Below, piece after piece: positions 37,536 to 48,742 of a stretch of DNA of 64,000 bases. This DNA comes from Candidatus Binatia bacterium. Lineage in GTDB: Bacteria; Desulfobacterota; Binatia; Bin18. Position numbers and translations under genes: made by a program. Positions within the stretch are counted from its first letter, which is position 1; the number at the start of each line of letters is the position of its first letter. The notes beneath the pieces are model-generated. The model saw only the letters and a program-made list of their open reading frames with translations, had not been told where the DNA came from and did no database searches. The DNA is taken from NCBI GenBank assembly GCA_965231765.1, contig OZ246887.1:998486-1062485 (forward strand), in the 5' to 3' direction.

Positions 37536-39560
37536 ATGACAAGAAGGAGGAACCTGGTGGCCATCTCTGAAACTTTGCAGCAATTACAATATCCTCAGCT
37601 TTTGCCGGAGACAAAAGACATCATCGGGTTTGATCTTGGTCATGGTGACACTTCGGTGAGTCGCGTTTCGGCGACCGGGGGAGATAGCCAGAAATTAGAG
37701 GTCGTCACAGGCTACAAAGTTATCCCGAGCGTTGTAGGAACTGAAAACGAAACGCCCATCGTTGGGAAACGTGCTCTTACTGATCCCGAAGTTATACAGC
37801 CCCGACAACAATTCAAGAGTCCAGATATTAGCAAACCAGAAGTTGGAGGTCCGCTCCGCTCATTTGTTTCTGGCGTCATGAAAAGTCTGAGAAGCAACAA
37901 CAGCACAGTCCTTTTCGACTCCACTACCCTCATTGTGTTCGGTCATCCTTCGGCCTGGTCCAACGAACAGAGGCTGAGCTATGGGAGACTGCTTAAAGGA
38001 CAGATCTCAGGGCCGCAGTTTATGCTCGTTCCTGAGTCCCGAGCTGCCTTTTTGACCATGCGGGAAGAAAAGGAGCTGAACCAAAACGATATCCACGAAC
38101 CAATCCTCATTGTAGATTTTGGCTCCTCCACCACCGATTTCACGTTTGTTCACGATCTCCGTCCAGGAGAATTACCCATTGGCAAGCAATATCCACTGGG
38201 AGCCTCTCGCATTGAGCAGCAATTGGTTCAGCATGCCCTCTCTACCTCTCCGCATCGTGCAAAGATCGAGGCGTGGTGGAAGCAGGCTCCCAGCGACTAC
38301 CATCGAACCGTTTTTAAATTTCGGGAAGCCAAAGAGGATTTCTTCAAAGAAGAAGCCATATGGCGTAAAGGCCGCCCAATGGAAGTGATAGGTCCCAGCT
38401 ACCGCATTAGTGACACATCGAAGATTAGGCTTGAGATAGATCTAACCGCTGAAGATTTTGACGCCGCTATCACTACTCCGTTGAGTGAGTTGGGCGACCC
38501 TCCAATATCGTGGCGTGACCGGCTTTGCACGGACTTAGGGGAAGCCTCACGAACGCTTCATGGAAAGTATGGAATCCAACCTAAGATTGTAATCCTCACT
38601 GGAGGCGCTGCCCGTATGAACTTCGTCCAGGAAGTCGCTAGAGAGGTATTCAGCCAATCTGCGGTACGTAAGGCTCCCGAACCTGAGTACGCGATCTCTG
38701 TAGGATTAGCCCATGCCGGATCTATTCGCTACCGCGCCTCGGCACTTCTCGACGAAATCAAAACGCTCATTAACTCCGGTGAGGTCCGAGATGTAATCGG
38801 CAAACAAATGGATGAATTCGCCAAGGCCATTGCTCGCGCGGTTGCTGATAGATTCACAGAACGGTTCGTTATTCCCGAAGTTATGGCCTGGAGAAACTCC
38901 GGCCATGGGACATTACAGGATGTCACTATCCGTATCTCGACGCGTCTTGAGAGCTGGCTAAAATCAGAAGATGGACGTCGAAAGATTTTTACTGCTCTTA
39001 ATCCATGGTACCAGCAGATCGAATTGATGCTTCATGGTATTACCGCTCCGATATGTCTCAAATACAAACTTGATGCGGACTCTCTCGATATCCCGAAATC
39101 AGACTATGACCTAAAGAGACTTGATATTGATCCAAGCGAATTGACCGGGCTCTCTGGATTAATGAGCGCGATGCTAGCAACAATTAGTTTTGTGATGGGA
39201 ACTATTCTGTTTGGAACTGGTACGGCAATATTACTCCCAACTGGTCCCTTGGCGCCGATTATAGCCGGGGCACTTTTGTGGATTCTTGGGGAGAGTGTGA
39301 AAGAGGAGTTAATGCGGTGGATTCCGGCCTCCATATTAGAAAACAGATTGCGGAAGAAAGCGGATGAGAATGAGGAAGAACTCCGTAAAGAGGTCTATCT
39401 TAGCATTATCGGTGGTTACGAGGACTACGACGAAGAAGATGCGGCTAGCAAGGAGAGGTTGGCGAGGCAGAATCGAGAGGAGATTATAGAAGGGATAACT
39501 AGCGGATTCGAATCCGCCTTGAGGCAGCGGGCGGAGGACGCCAGCGTGCTCATTAGGTGA
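37536..39560 (+). CDS. Hsp70/actin-fold ATPase with C-terminal transmembrane anchor and acidic coiled tail
   Basis: IIGFDLGHGDTS (phosphate 1), VPESRAAF, IVDFGSSTTDFTF (phosphate 2), LTGGAARMNFVQEVAREVF (adenosine). TM segment at ..LMSAMLATISFVMGTILFGTG..IIAGALLWILG. An alternative GTG start at 37557 has a better RBS. Confidence 0.8.
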   Translation: MTRRRNLVAISETLQQLQYPQLLPETKDIIGFDLGHGDTSVSRVSATGGDSQKLEVVTGYKVIPSVVGTENETPIVGKRALTDPEVIQPRQQFKSPDISKPEVGGPLRSFVSGVMKSLRSNNSTVLFDSTTLIVFGHPSAWSNEQRLSYGRLLKGQISGPQFMLVPESRAAFLTMREEKELNQNDIHEPILIVDFGSSTTDFTFVHDLRPGELPIGKQYPLGASRIEQQLVQHALSTSPHRAKIEAWWKQAPSDYHRTVFKFREAKEDFFKEEAIWRKGRPMEVIGPSYRISDTSKIRLEIDLTAEDFDAAITTPLSELGDPPISWRDRLCTDLGEASRTLHGKYGIQPKIVILTGGAARMNFVQEVAREVFSQSAVRKAPEPEYAISVGLAHAGSIRYRASALLDEIKTLINSGEVRDVIGKQMDEFAKAIARAVADRFTERFVIPEVMAWRNSGHGTLQDVTIRISTRLESWLKSEDGRRKIFTALNPWYQQIELMLHGITAPICLKYKLDADSLDIPKSDYDLKRLDIDPSELTGLSGLMSAMLATISFVMGTILFGTGTAILLPTGPLAPIIAGALLWILGESVKEELMRWIPASILENRLRKKADENEEELRKEVYLSIIGGYEDYDEEDAASKERLARQNREEIIEGITSGFESALRQRAEDASVLIR

Positions 39561-39590
39561 GACCTTTGTTTTCTGACAGGAGCAATCAGC

Positions 39591-40549
<959 letters not shown>

Positions 40550-40582
40550 GGTCTGCAAAAGAGACGATGTTCTCCGAACCCC

Positions 40583-41656
40583 TTAATCCGGAAAATTCGG
40601 CATGACCTCTTCCATCAGCAGGCGTTGAGAGTTTTCCCAGCCTTCTTTGTTCTCCAACTGATCGAACGTCAAGACGAGCAAACAGCCAAAACCACCAGTG
40701 TCGTCCACCATGGCACCTAGCTTGTCCGTCACAGCCTGTGGTGATCCGACGAGCCAGACATACTCAGCCAGGTATTCCATAGTCACATCAGAATCCGGCA
40801 CTTCGGGGTGATGTTTAAACAAACTGACCATACCAAACGACTTAAACAGTGGCAGCAAATACTCAGCATAGACACGGCCGAGCATACCGTTGACGGCTTT
40901 GTCTTTGGCCTCTTTATCAGTTTCGGCCACATACACTTCACGTGAGACGTGCCACTCACTACGGGACGGTTCACGCCCGGCAGATTCCGCTCCCTCGACG
41001 ATGGCATCCCAGTGAGTTTTGAGATAGCCATTACTCAGGGCAATACTCATTGGCATGAAGCCTTTGGCCCCACACATCTTGAGCGTATCCGAGCCTGGCG
41101 TCAGACCAGCAATGCCAATAGGCGGATGCGGATTCTGAAATGGTTTGATGTGGAACTTGAGCGTGTCCAGCATCGTGTCGATACGGTTGACCGACCAGTA
41201 GTCGCCTTTAAATTCAAACGGCTCTTCGCTCTCCCACAGCTTCAGAATAATATCGAGAGCCTCCATAGTCATGCGGCGGTTCTCACCCCCTGCCCCATCC
41301 ACGTTAAAAAGTTTCCAGTCACTGGGCAGCCCGCTGGTCCCCACCCCGAACATAAAACGTCCTTGGGCCATGTGATCCAGAAAAGCAACACGGTGGGCTA
41401 ATTCAACAGGGTGATGATATGGAAGCAGATGTGCACCGGGGCACAGTTTGATATTCTTTGTGCGTTGTAAACCCTGCGCAATGAGCAGGTCTGGTGCTGG
41501 GTTGGGCTCCCACGGGGCGGTAAAATGCTCCCCCATCCAGGCTTCATGAAAGCCTAATTTGTCAACGAGTTCCAAATGATCAAGGTCCCACTGGTGCCCA
41601 TCGTATAAACTTCTTTCGGGTGGATGCGACGGCATCATAAACACGCCAGCTTTCAT
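40583..41656 (-). CDS. LLM class flavin-dependent oxidoreductase
   Basis: MKAGVFMMPSHPP..EAWMGEHF luciferase-like pattern. Confidence 0.85.
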   Translation of the reverse strand: MKAGVFMMPSHPPERSLYDGHQWDLDHLELVDKLGFHEAWMGEHFTAPWEPNPAPDLLIAQGLQRTKNIKLCPGAHLLPYHHPVELAHRVAFLDHMAQGRFMFGVGTSGLPSDWKLFNVDGAGGENRRMTMEALDIILKLWESEEPFEFKGDYWSVNRIDTMLDTLKFHIKPFQNPHPPIGIAGLTPGSDTLKMCGAKGFMPMSIALSNGYLKTHWDAIVEGAESAGREPSRSEWHVSREVYVAETDKEAKDKAVNGMLGRVYAEYLLPLFKSFGMVSLFKHHPEVPDSDVTMEYLAEYVWLVGSPQAVTDKLGAMVDDTGGFGCLLVLTFDQLENKEGWENSQRLLMEEVMPNFPD

Positions 41657-41739
41657 ATCTCCTCCTTATACAGGTTCCATTTGGCTCGTCTTTTGTACCA
41701 TTCCTACTCGTATCGGGCAAGGAAAGGGCTACTCAGAAG

Positions 41740-43140
41740 CTAACGAGCGGGACGGCACTTCCAGTAGTAATGGTGCATAGTCGGGCCTTCTTTGCGGCGG
41801 CGCAAAGTGAGAACCACCGTGTCTCCGACCCGGACGTCTTCAGGATCAACGTCTGTCATTTGGATGTACACACGACCGCCTTCATCCAGATCAACCACAC
41901 TCATAATAGTTGGTGAGTCAGCCGCGACATATAAGTGATCTCGGGTAAAGGTGAAGACTTCGCCGACGTGGGCCAGCGGAACTTCTTGCAGCGAGTCATG
42001 ATTGTGGCACGCAATACAAATCCGGGTGATGGGATACTGTTTGGTGCCACACCGTGGACATTGCGAGCCGTACAACCGTACGTTTTGCTTCTCTTCTTTG
42101 GCCAGAAACACATTCGACAGCTCGGGGCCGTCCTCATGTTCAGCCGCGTACGTCCGCATTTTTTTGAAGATCTGATACGAGGGATACAACCGCTTCTCGC
42201 TCAAATGATCAGACACCGACTGGACAAGGGAACGCGCACGGATCTCTTCCGTGACCTGCAAAAGACAAGCATCAGTGCCTTCTCCATAACCTAGCAGCAG
42301 CAGCAAATCTCCGGGATTTGCGGTCTCTAAGGCAGCCGCAAGTAGCACAAACGGGGCGGCGCTGCCACATGCTCCTATTTCAGAGTAGAGAGGATTTTGC
42401 ACCTGCGCGTCTTGAAAGCCAAGCTTCTTTGCCGCTCCGAGGTGGGCACGCCCGTCTGGCGAGGGCAGAATGACCTTGGCACAGTCTTGGGGCTGAAGCC
42501 CGTGTTTGTGTAATAACGCCGTGCCAACGGCGACAACGCTGGCTTGATACCCCCGCTCGGAACTAAAACGAGACGCCTGAGTTTGGATAAAACTGTCTGT
42601 ATCGCGCCGCCATTCATCCAGAAAACCATCTGAGCGTGAAGCCAGGCCAAGAATCTCGGCAATCACACCTTCGCGGCCAAGCGTCACTGCACTGCCTGCA
42701 TCACCAAACCACTCCTCCTCGCCCTCTCCAGGCTGTCCATCGCGTACCTCTCCAGATGCGATCAGCACCTGTGACAAGCGCCCACTGCTGACGGCGTCCA
42801 TAGCCGCCCGGAGCGCCGTTGTGGCTGAACGAAGACTCCCAGCAAAATCTGCGGTTTCACACGCAGCAGGTACGTCGCAAGCCGCAGCCATAAAGCTGGC
42901 ACAGGAGCGTTGCCAAAACGGTGCTGAGGTTGAGGCAAAATATAGGCCATCAATACTTGTCCTGCCTTTTTCCTCAAGACAACGCTGCGCAGCCTCCAGG
43001 CCAAGTGTCAGCGCATCCTCATCAAAATAGATAGCTGCCCGCTCGCCCCTGCCTGGGCGTCTGGCCCAGGCCTGCCCAATTTTTTCTCGTTCCAAACGAT
43101 AAAATGGAATGTGATAGCCGCAGCTGATAATGCCAATCAC
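41740..43140 (-). CDS. HMG-CoA synthase/thiolase-fold protein fused to DUF35 Zn-ribbon OB-fold
   Basis: N-terminus MIGIISCGYHIPFYRL.. is condensing-enzyme-like. The C-terminus has CPRCGTKQYPITRICIACHN and an OB-fold. Confidence 0.75.
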   Translation of the reverse strand: MIGIISCGYHIPFYRLEREKIGQAWARRPGRGERAAIYFDEDALTLGLEAAQRCLEEKGRTSIDGLYFASTSAPFWQRSCASFMAAACDVPAACETADFAGSLRSATTALRAAMDAVSSGRLSQVLIASGEVRDGQPGEGEEEWFGDAGSAVTLGREGVIAEILGLASRSDGFLDEWRRDTDSFIQTQASRFSSERGYQASVVAVGTALLHKHGLQPQDCAKVILPSPDGRAHLGAAKKLGFQDAQVQNPLYSEIGACGSAAPFVLLAAALETANPGDLLLLLGYGEGTDACLLQVTEEIRARSLVQSVSDHLSEKRLYPSYQIFKKMRTYAAEHEDGPELSNVFLAKEEKQNVRLYGSQCPRCGTKQYPITRICIACHNHDSLQEVPLAHVGEVFTFTRDHLYVAADSPTIMSVVDLDEGGRVYIQMTDVDPEDVRVGDTVVLTLRRRKEGPTMHHYYWKCRPAR

Positions 43141-43202
43141 AGGTCATATCTCCTAGACTCTCAAGCATTCCTACTTGCCACGTTTGTCGTGTTTCAAATT
43201 CT

Positions 43203-43373
43203 CTACCCGCCATACAATACCAATGCGTTTTCAAGACGCAGCCGTAGAGATGTCGGGATTTCTTCTTTGCGGATCAGATCAACTGAGGAATCTGCCGGCA
43301 AGCCTAAAGACTCTGGAAGCATTTTTTCATTCGCTCCGGGAACCAAATGGACAGCGCGTCGTAATCGAGCCAT
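43203..43373 (-). pseudogene. 56-aa N-terminal fragment of a CitE-like lyase
   Basis: AAGGAGA RBS then MARLRRAVHLVPGANEKM..ADSSVDLI. It parallels the N-terminus of the intact citE-like gene at 4335-5216, then terminates. Confidence 0.4.
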
Positions 43374-43403
43374 GCGATTCTCCTTGTATTTCTGTCCAGA
43401 TGC

Positions 43404-43865
43404 TTACGACACGGCCGCCTCTTTTTTCCGTAACATGCCTGCCCGCTTACAGTGCATGACGACTTCCCCGCGCTGATTTTTGGCCCGGTGCTCAAACATC
43501 ACAATGCCCCATTGCGGACGAGACTTGGACTCCCGCTTTTCGATGACCTCAGTCTCGGCATATATCGTATCACCAATGAAAACAGGTTTTGGGAACTTGA
43601 CCTCTTCAAAGCCGAGATTACCAACCGTTGTCCCTAAGGTGGTATCACCAACAGACAGCCCAACTGCTAATCCAAGGGTAAACAGACTGTTGACCAGACG
43701 TTGTCCAAACTCAGCCTTTTTGGAAAATTCCTCATCCAAGTGCAAGGGCTGAGGGTTCATGGTCATTGTAGTGAAGAGCAAATTATCCGTCTCGGTAACG
43801 GTCCGCCCTGGCTGGTGGTGAAACACATCTCCAACATTTAATTCCTCAAAATGTTTCCCGGCCAT
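43404..43865 (-). CDS. MaoC-like (R)-specific enoyl-CoA hydratase/dehydratase
   Basis: Hot-dog fold motifs: [25 protein letters not shown]. Confidence 0.85.
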   Translation of the reverse strand: MAGKHFEELNVGDVFHHQPGRTVTETDNLLFTTMTMNPQPLHLDEEFSKKAEFGQRLVNSLFTLGLAVGLSVGDTTLGTTVGNLGFEEVKFPKPVFIGDTIYAETEVIEKRESKSRPQWGIVMFEHRAKNQRGEVVMHCKRAGMLRKKEAAVS

Positions 43866-43945
43866 GTTGTCCTCCTTTAGGCTATATTCAGAATGCTCGT
43901 GGAGGCTTCCTTAGCATGCAATTGACTTTACTTCACCGGCATATC

Positions 43946-45091
43946 TTACCATTTTTGATACCAAATCCGCCCATCTTTAATGGTCAGCTGATTCACCAGG
44001 CGCTGACTACCGATCATATGATTCTGGTCCGTATCCACAAAATCAAACTCACCTTCTTCTAAGCTGAAGACAGCAACATCCGCGATAGCGCCAGGTTTGA
44101 GCGTGCCAAGATTCCCCGCCTCACCAATCACGTAGGCAGGATTGGTCGTCGCGCGTAACATGACGTCTTCGAGGCTCATACCTAAATTCAACAGCTTCGA
44201 CATCGTCGTCGGCAGGTCAAAGACGGGGCCTTTGATGGCACTGCCCAAGCTCAGGTCGGTGGCAATTGTATCGGGGTAAAATCCTGCGTCCAGGATCTGC
44301 TTCACAAAAGGAAAGGGAAAATGCATCCGGCCATGCGCACAGTCAAAGATAATACCCTCTTTTTGCGCATCCCAGACTTCTCTCAGAATCGCTTTTTTGT
44401 CCGGCCCCATAATACCGTGGGTATAGCGGTGAAAGCAGTGGGTGACGACATCGCCTGGTTTTAGAAATGAGAGGATCTGCGGAATCGGTAGCAGGGCGTC
44501 GGTGATGTGAACCATCAGTGGCACCTCAGCCATATCTGCCGCTTGCCTGGCAAGACGGAGCGGCTCAGTGCCTGCCGAGTCAGGGACGACATCGTTGCTG
44601 AAACGCAGCTTGACTCCAATCGCGAGGTCCCGATTGGCACGAATCGTCCGCGCGCAGCCTTCCGGATCGGCGTACGCCATATGCATGAGTTCGCCGACCT
44701 GCAAATGAATCAGCCCTAAAGCCGACAGATGCACAAAACAACGCAGCCGTACCTCACTTCGATCTGCGACGGACTGACGCAGCCCAGGAAACGTCGCTGA
44801 ACCAGCACTGCCCGCATCAATAATTGTGGTCACGCCACTTGCCGAGCAGCGCTGATCGGTCTGGCTGCCCATATCATGGGCGTTAATAAACACATGGGCA
44901 TGCAAATCAATCAGGCCGGGACACACCAACTTGCCTGAAACGTCTCGGACACGCACCGCTTCCGATTCGGGAATGTCTGGCTGGACTGCTGCAATCTTGC
45001 CCTTGTGAATCGCCACGTCGGCTTTGCCTCGGAACGGCCAGCCTGGATCAATAACTTCACCGCCTTTGAGTACCAAATCATAAGCCGTCAT
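43946..45091 (-). CDS. amidohydrolase/deacetylase family metallohydrolase
   Basis: MTAYDLVLKGGEVIDP.. and LIDLHAHV metal-binding motif. ATG at 45091. Confidence 0.8.
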   Translation of the reverse strand: MTAYDLVLKGGEVIDPGWPFRGKADVAIHKGKIAAVQPDIPESEAVRVRDVSGKLVCPGLIDLHAHVFINAHDMGSQTDQRCSASGVTTIIDAGSAGSATFPGLRQSVADRSEVRLRCFVHLSALGLIHLQVGELMHMAYADPEGCARTIRANRDLAIGVKLRFSNDVVPDSAGTEPLRLARQAADMAEVPLMVHITDALLPIPQILSFLKPGDVVTHCFHRYTHGIMGPDKKAILREVWDAQKEGIIFDCAHGRMHFPFPFVKQILDAGFYPDTIATDLSLGSAIKGPVFDLPTTMSKLLNLGMSLEDVMLRATTNPAYVIGEAGNLGTLKPGAIADVAVFSLEEGEFDFVDTDQNHMIGSQRLVNQLTIKDGRIWYQKW

Positions 45092-45134
45092 CGATGTTCT
45101 CGTTCTTTCTCGTTTGCGGTGCCATAGGAAGAGC

Positions 45135-45785
45135 TTATTTTGGCTCCCATTTGTCTCTATGCACAAGTTTCTGGAGCCGGATTTTTTTAGTGTGCGGTTT
45201 GCTGGGCCGTTCGGCAGGATAACCAATCGTGATCAGACCAACGGGCCGAACATGCTCGGGCAGGCCCAAAATTTTTGCGACTTCAACGGGATTGTACGCT
45301 CCAACAAAGCACGCGCCTAAACCCTGCTCGATAACTCCCAGCAAAATCAGTAGCGAGGCAAACGAGGTATCGACTAAGCTATAAAAACTGCCTCGGGTGC
45401 CATATTTTTTTCCCATCCGTTGAATATCAGCACACGTCGCAATAATCACCGGAGCCGTTGCGACGGAGGTCTGCTCAAAAGCTGCTGTGGCTAATTGAGA
45501 TCGTACGTCGGGATCTTGTACAACAATGAACTCCCAGGGCTGGAGGTTCCCCGCACTTGGCGCTTGGACCGCATACTCCAGCAGGCGCTGAATAAGCTCT
45601 TCTGGGACTGCATCATTTTTATACGCCCGAATCATCGCCCGGCGTTTGACAACAGAGGCAAAGGAGAATGACTCAGCCGCCGCATTATTGGGCTCATTTG
45701 CTTCAGCCAGCATTTCAGCTTGGGCCAAAAGAAAAGCTGCTCCAGTGCTTTGGAGCAGCTTCCGACGAGAGACTTTGGATCTCAC
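45135..45785 (-). CDS. nitroreductase family protein with twin-arginine signal
   Basis: SRRKLLQSTGAAFLLAQA Tat-like signal, followed by a nitroreductase fold (RAYKNDAVPEE..SAGNLQPWEFIVV). Confidence 0.75.
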   Translation of the reverse strand: MRSKVSRRKLLQSTGAAFLLAQAEMLAEANEPNNAAAESFSFASVVKRRAMIRAYKNDAVPEELIQRLLEYAVQAPSAGNLQPWEFIVVQDPDVRSQLATAAFEQTSVATAPVIIATCADIQRMGKKYGTRGSFYSLVDTSFASLLILLGVIEQGLGACFVGAYNPVEVAKILGLPEHVRPVGLITIGYPAERPSKPHTKKIRLQKLVHRDKWEPK

Positions 45786-45842
45786 TTATTTTTCCTTAGT
45801 GGGGCAACACGGCCAGAGATGGCCGGGCCACTGTTAGAAACG

Positions 45843-46919
45843 CTAACGCTGCACAAACCGCAGCACATTTCCTCCGCCAGTCTGCGTAGCACCAAGCTCG
45901 ACTTTTGTGATGAGTTCTAAGGTCTCCGCATCAAAAACAGCCACGTCATGCCAGTTGCTGCCACAGTACACCTTTTTCCCTTCGGGATGGATAAATGGCA
46001 TAAAATACGTATTGGGCAGCGGTGTGCTCTTTTCAATATGGCGGGTTTGAGGGTCAACCTTCCACAACGTGTTATACGCAAAATAGGCTTTCTTCGTCGT
46101 CGGGGACAGTGCGCCAGTCAGCACGTAGAATTCTGGAGCGAAAGGCTGTATTTCAACGACTTCGATTTCTGGCTCAGCTTGCTTGAGATCCAAAGAAGCC
46201 ATACCTAACGTGACCTGGCCGGTAATCGTATCCGTCACAAACGCCCCGAATGAGACGAAGTAGTCATGTTCCTGATACGGGTTGCCTAGTGGTAAGCCGT
46301 CGGTTCGGCCAACCCCAGTAATATTCCGATTCAGCAGCGGTAGGGTATCAAGATGCTCGCCAGTTTCTGTATCGTACACAAAGATATCCTGACCAACACT
46401 GAAGATATACAACCGTTTGCCATCTTTCGACGAGGCCAGCGACATGACCTGACGCGGTGCCGCAAACGTACGCAGCGTCTCCTGGGTATCTAAATTAATA
46501 ATGCGGACACGGTTCTCGACCGCCTCATACCTCCCCTGCCCTTTTTTGACCGGCATTTCGTGAATGAACAGCCGGTTGCCCTGGGCATTGACATCGATAG
46601 CCATTGTGCGGACCAGCTCGTTGTCATTTGAGAGTGGAAAGCTTTTGACTTGTTTGCCTTCATCCAGGTCAATCATAGCCACACTTTGTGACAAGTTGTT
46701 GACCACATAGGCATACTGCGGATGGGCAGGATCGGGAGCGATATTGAGGGCCGGGCCGCGCCCTTCCAGCCCAATATTTTTCACCACGGTATCGGTTTCG
46801 GTATCAATGACAACCAAGTTGTTTGGATGGACTGAAGCGAGGAGATACCATTTTGCCCAAGCTGCCTGGGGGAAGCCAATCAGGACAAGACACAGGAATA
46901 GAGCGTGGTAGAAGCGCAT
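45843..46919 (-). CDS. qhpB: quinohemoprotein amine dehydrogenase beta subunit (beta-propeller)
   Basis: Signal peptide MRFYHALFLCLVLIGFPQAAWA then propeller repeats. Position is directly after qhpC. Confidence 0.75.
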   Translation of the reverse strand: MRFYHALFLCLVLIGFPQAAWAKWYLLASVHPNNLVVIDTETDTVVKNIGLEGRGPALNIAPDPAHPQYAYVVNNLSQSVAMIDLDEGKQVKSFPLSNDNELVRTMAIDVNAQGNRLFIHEMPVKKGQGRYEAVENRVRIINLDTQETLRTFAAPRQVMSLASSKDGKRLYIFSVGQDIFVYDTETGEHLDTLPLLNRNITGVGRTDGLPLGNPYQEHDYFVSFGAFVTDTITGQVTLGMASLDLKQAEPEIEVVEIQPFAPEFYVLTGALSPTTKKAYFAYNTLWKVDPQTRHIEKSTPLPNTYFMPFIHPEGKKVYCGSNWHDVAVFDAETLELITKVELGATQTGGGNVLRFVQR

Positions 46920-46935
46920 CTGATTCTGTTTCCGT

Positions 46936-47265
46936 TTAATCGATTTTTGGGAAAACAACTTCGAGGTTTTTCCAATCTTCCTGGGTTGTGCCTGAGCACG
47001 CTTTGGCCCACTCCGGCGTATTCTGGAGACTATCCGGCACTTGTGCTGGCCACCAGCATACGTTTGCACAGCTCAGCAGGTCGGCCTCAACGGGAGCGCA
47101 CATGCTGCTTGTGCCCCCCCACGGGTTCGCCTCCCAGCCAGGGTTAAAGATTGTCGTGCAGCCAACAGGTTGAGCCATACCCATGACATCATCCTGATCC
47201 TGTTGGTCAGCGTGGAAAGCCTCGACCCGTTCAGCCTTTTGATTGAGTGGTTTCAGGTGTTTCAT
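46936..47265 (-). CDS. qhpC: quinohemoprotein amine dehydrogenase gamma subunit precursor (CTQ/thioether peptide)
   Basis: 109 aa. The core MAQPVGCTTIFNPGWEANPWGGTSSMCAPVEADLLSCANVCWWPAQVPD has four Cys plus the Trp, with acidic partners at the expected spacing. Confidence 0.8.
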   Translation of the reverse strand: MKHLKPLNQKAERVEAFHADQQDQDDVMGMAQPVGCTTIFNPGWEANPWGGTSSMCAPVEADLLSCANVCWWPAQVPDSLQNTPEWAKACSGTTQEDWKNLEVVFPKID

Positions 47266-48731
47266 GTTAACTCCTTCGGTGCATCTCCCCGCGCACGTAG
47301 GACGTACTGTTCGACAAAGCCGGGATTTTTGCGTTGCAATTCCATATAGACCCCAATGCCGTACTCTGTCCAGGCTCTGAGAAAGTCACAGTAGTGCAGG
47401 TTGGGGTGTAAGGCGTCACCAAACTGGGTCATGGCTTCATGATAACAACCGCCTCCGCACAGCCCGCGTACCCAGCAGGTCTGACAGACTGTCTTTTTGC
47501 CCAAATGGGCGTTATTGATGAACGCATTCAAGCGATCATATTCGAGACCGTCTTTGACGTTGCCGTATTTATGCTCCTCAGTTCCAGGAAAACGATGGCA
47601 CAGGTACACGTCGCCATTGCCATCCACATCCAGCAAACCCAATCCTGCCCCGCACGGAAAAAATTTATTGGTCCCAACATGGATGTCCGTCAGCAAGGTA
47701 CTCAGGTTTGAAAAACCGGTGTAGCGATTCTGCGCCGCTCGCTCGGCGTACAGACTCCCCAGCTCCCGAAAACCGGCTAGGACCTGGTGCAAATCTGCCG
47801 GCTCTAGGCCATATTCTTCCCCGTTTTTGGCCGTAACAGGGGAGAACCCGACTTCAAAAAATCCAAGTCCGCTCAGATGTTCGTAGGTGCGGACAATGTC
47901 GATAGCGTCTTTGGTGACGGTCACTCGGGCCACAACTGGCCGGGCAGTATACCGCTCAAAGAGGCGCTCCAGACGAGGCTGGATCACCTCATACGAACCT
48001 TTTCGAGTGCCATTACTGGTCAGAAACGAACGCCGCTTGTCATGCAGCTCTTTGGGACCGTCCATACTAATAGTGATACCAAAACGATGCTGCTGGAAAA
48101 AATCAATGACCGTATCGGTCAGCAGCGTTCCATTGGTTGTGATAGAGAAATCGACCTTCTTTTTTTCCGCGTGGCCTTTCTCTTCGGCATAGGCCACAAT
48201 CCGACGCATCAGCTTAAAGTTCAGCAGTGCTTCACCACCAAAAAAGATCAGATTGACCTCTGGATTATTGCCAGCCTTTTGGAACAAGAAATCAACGCTG
48301 GTTTGCGCGGTGTCCCAGTCCATCTCGACCGGAGCAGCCCCATATTTTGCCTCCTCCGGCTCATAACAATACGTGCAGTGGAGATTGCATTTATTGGCCA
48401 CATTGACCACGACAGAGCTGACCGGAAAGTGTTCAACGTCAAGCTCCGGTACTGCCGCTGGGGCGGAAGACTGTGAGGACTGTTCGGTTTCGAAAATCTG
48501 TAAACGAACAAACTCCTCAACCGTTTCGCTCACCTCTACGGCAGAAAACCGATCAGCCAGGGCCCGCGTAATGTGTTCAAGTGTACAGGCCGGACGGACC
48601 TGAGCGTATTGCAGGATCGCCTCAGAGACAGCATCCATCTCGAACAGCGACATGCTCTTGGCTGCAACCAGAATAGGACCCGAGTCAGCCCCGACCGGGT
48701 AGGCGTTCTCTGGATGGAATCGTAAGTGCAT
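47262..48731 (-). CDS. qhpD: radical SAM/SPASM maturase of QhpC
   Basis: CNLHCTYCY (CxxxCxxC) and the C-terminal Cys cluster CQTCWVRGLCGGGC. 4-nt overlap with qhpC. Confidence 0.85.
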   Translation of the reverse strand: MHLRFHPENAYPVGADSGPILVAAKSMSLFEMDAVSEAILQYAQVRPACTLEHITRALADRFSAVEVSETVEEFVRLQIFETEQSSQSSAPAAVPELDVEHFPVSSVVVNVANKCNLHCTYCYEPEEAKYGAAPVEMDWDTAQTSVDFLFQKAGNNPEVNLIFFGGEALLNFKLMRRIVAYAEEKGHAEKKKVDFSITTNGTLLTDTVIDFFQQHRFGITISMDGPKELHDKRRSFLTSNGTRKGSYEVIQPRLERLFERYTARPVVARVTVTKDAIDIVRTYEHLSGLGFFEVGFSPVTAKNGEEYGLEPADLHQVLAGFRELGSLYAERAAQNRYTGFSNLSTLLTDIHVGTNKFFPCGAGLGLLDVDGNGDVYLCHRFPGTEEHKYGNVKDGLEYDRLNAFINNAHLGKKTVCQTCWVRGLCGGGCYHEAMTQFGDALHPNLHYCDFLRAWTEYGIGVYMELQRKNPGFVEQYVLRARGDAPKELT

Positions 48732-48742
48732 AATATCCGTCC

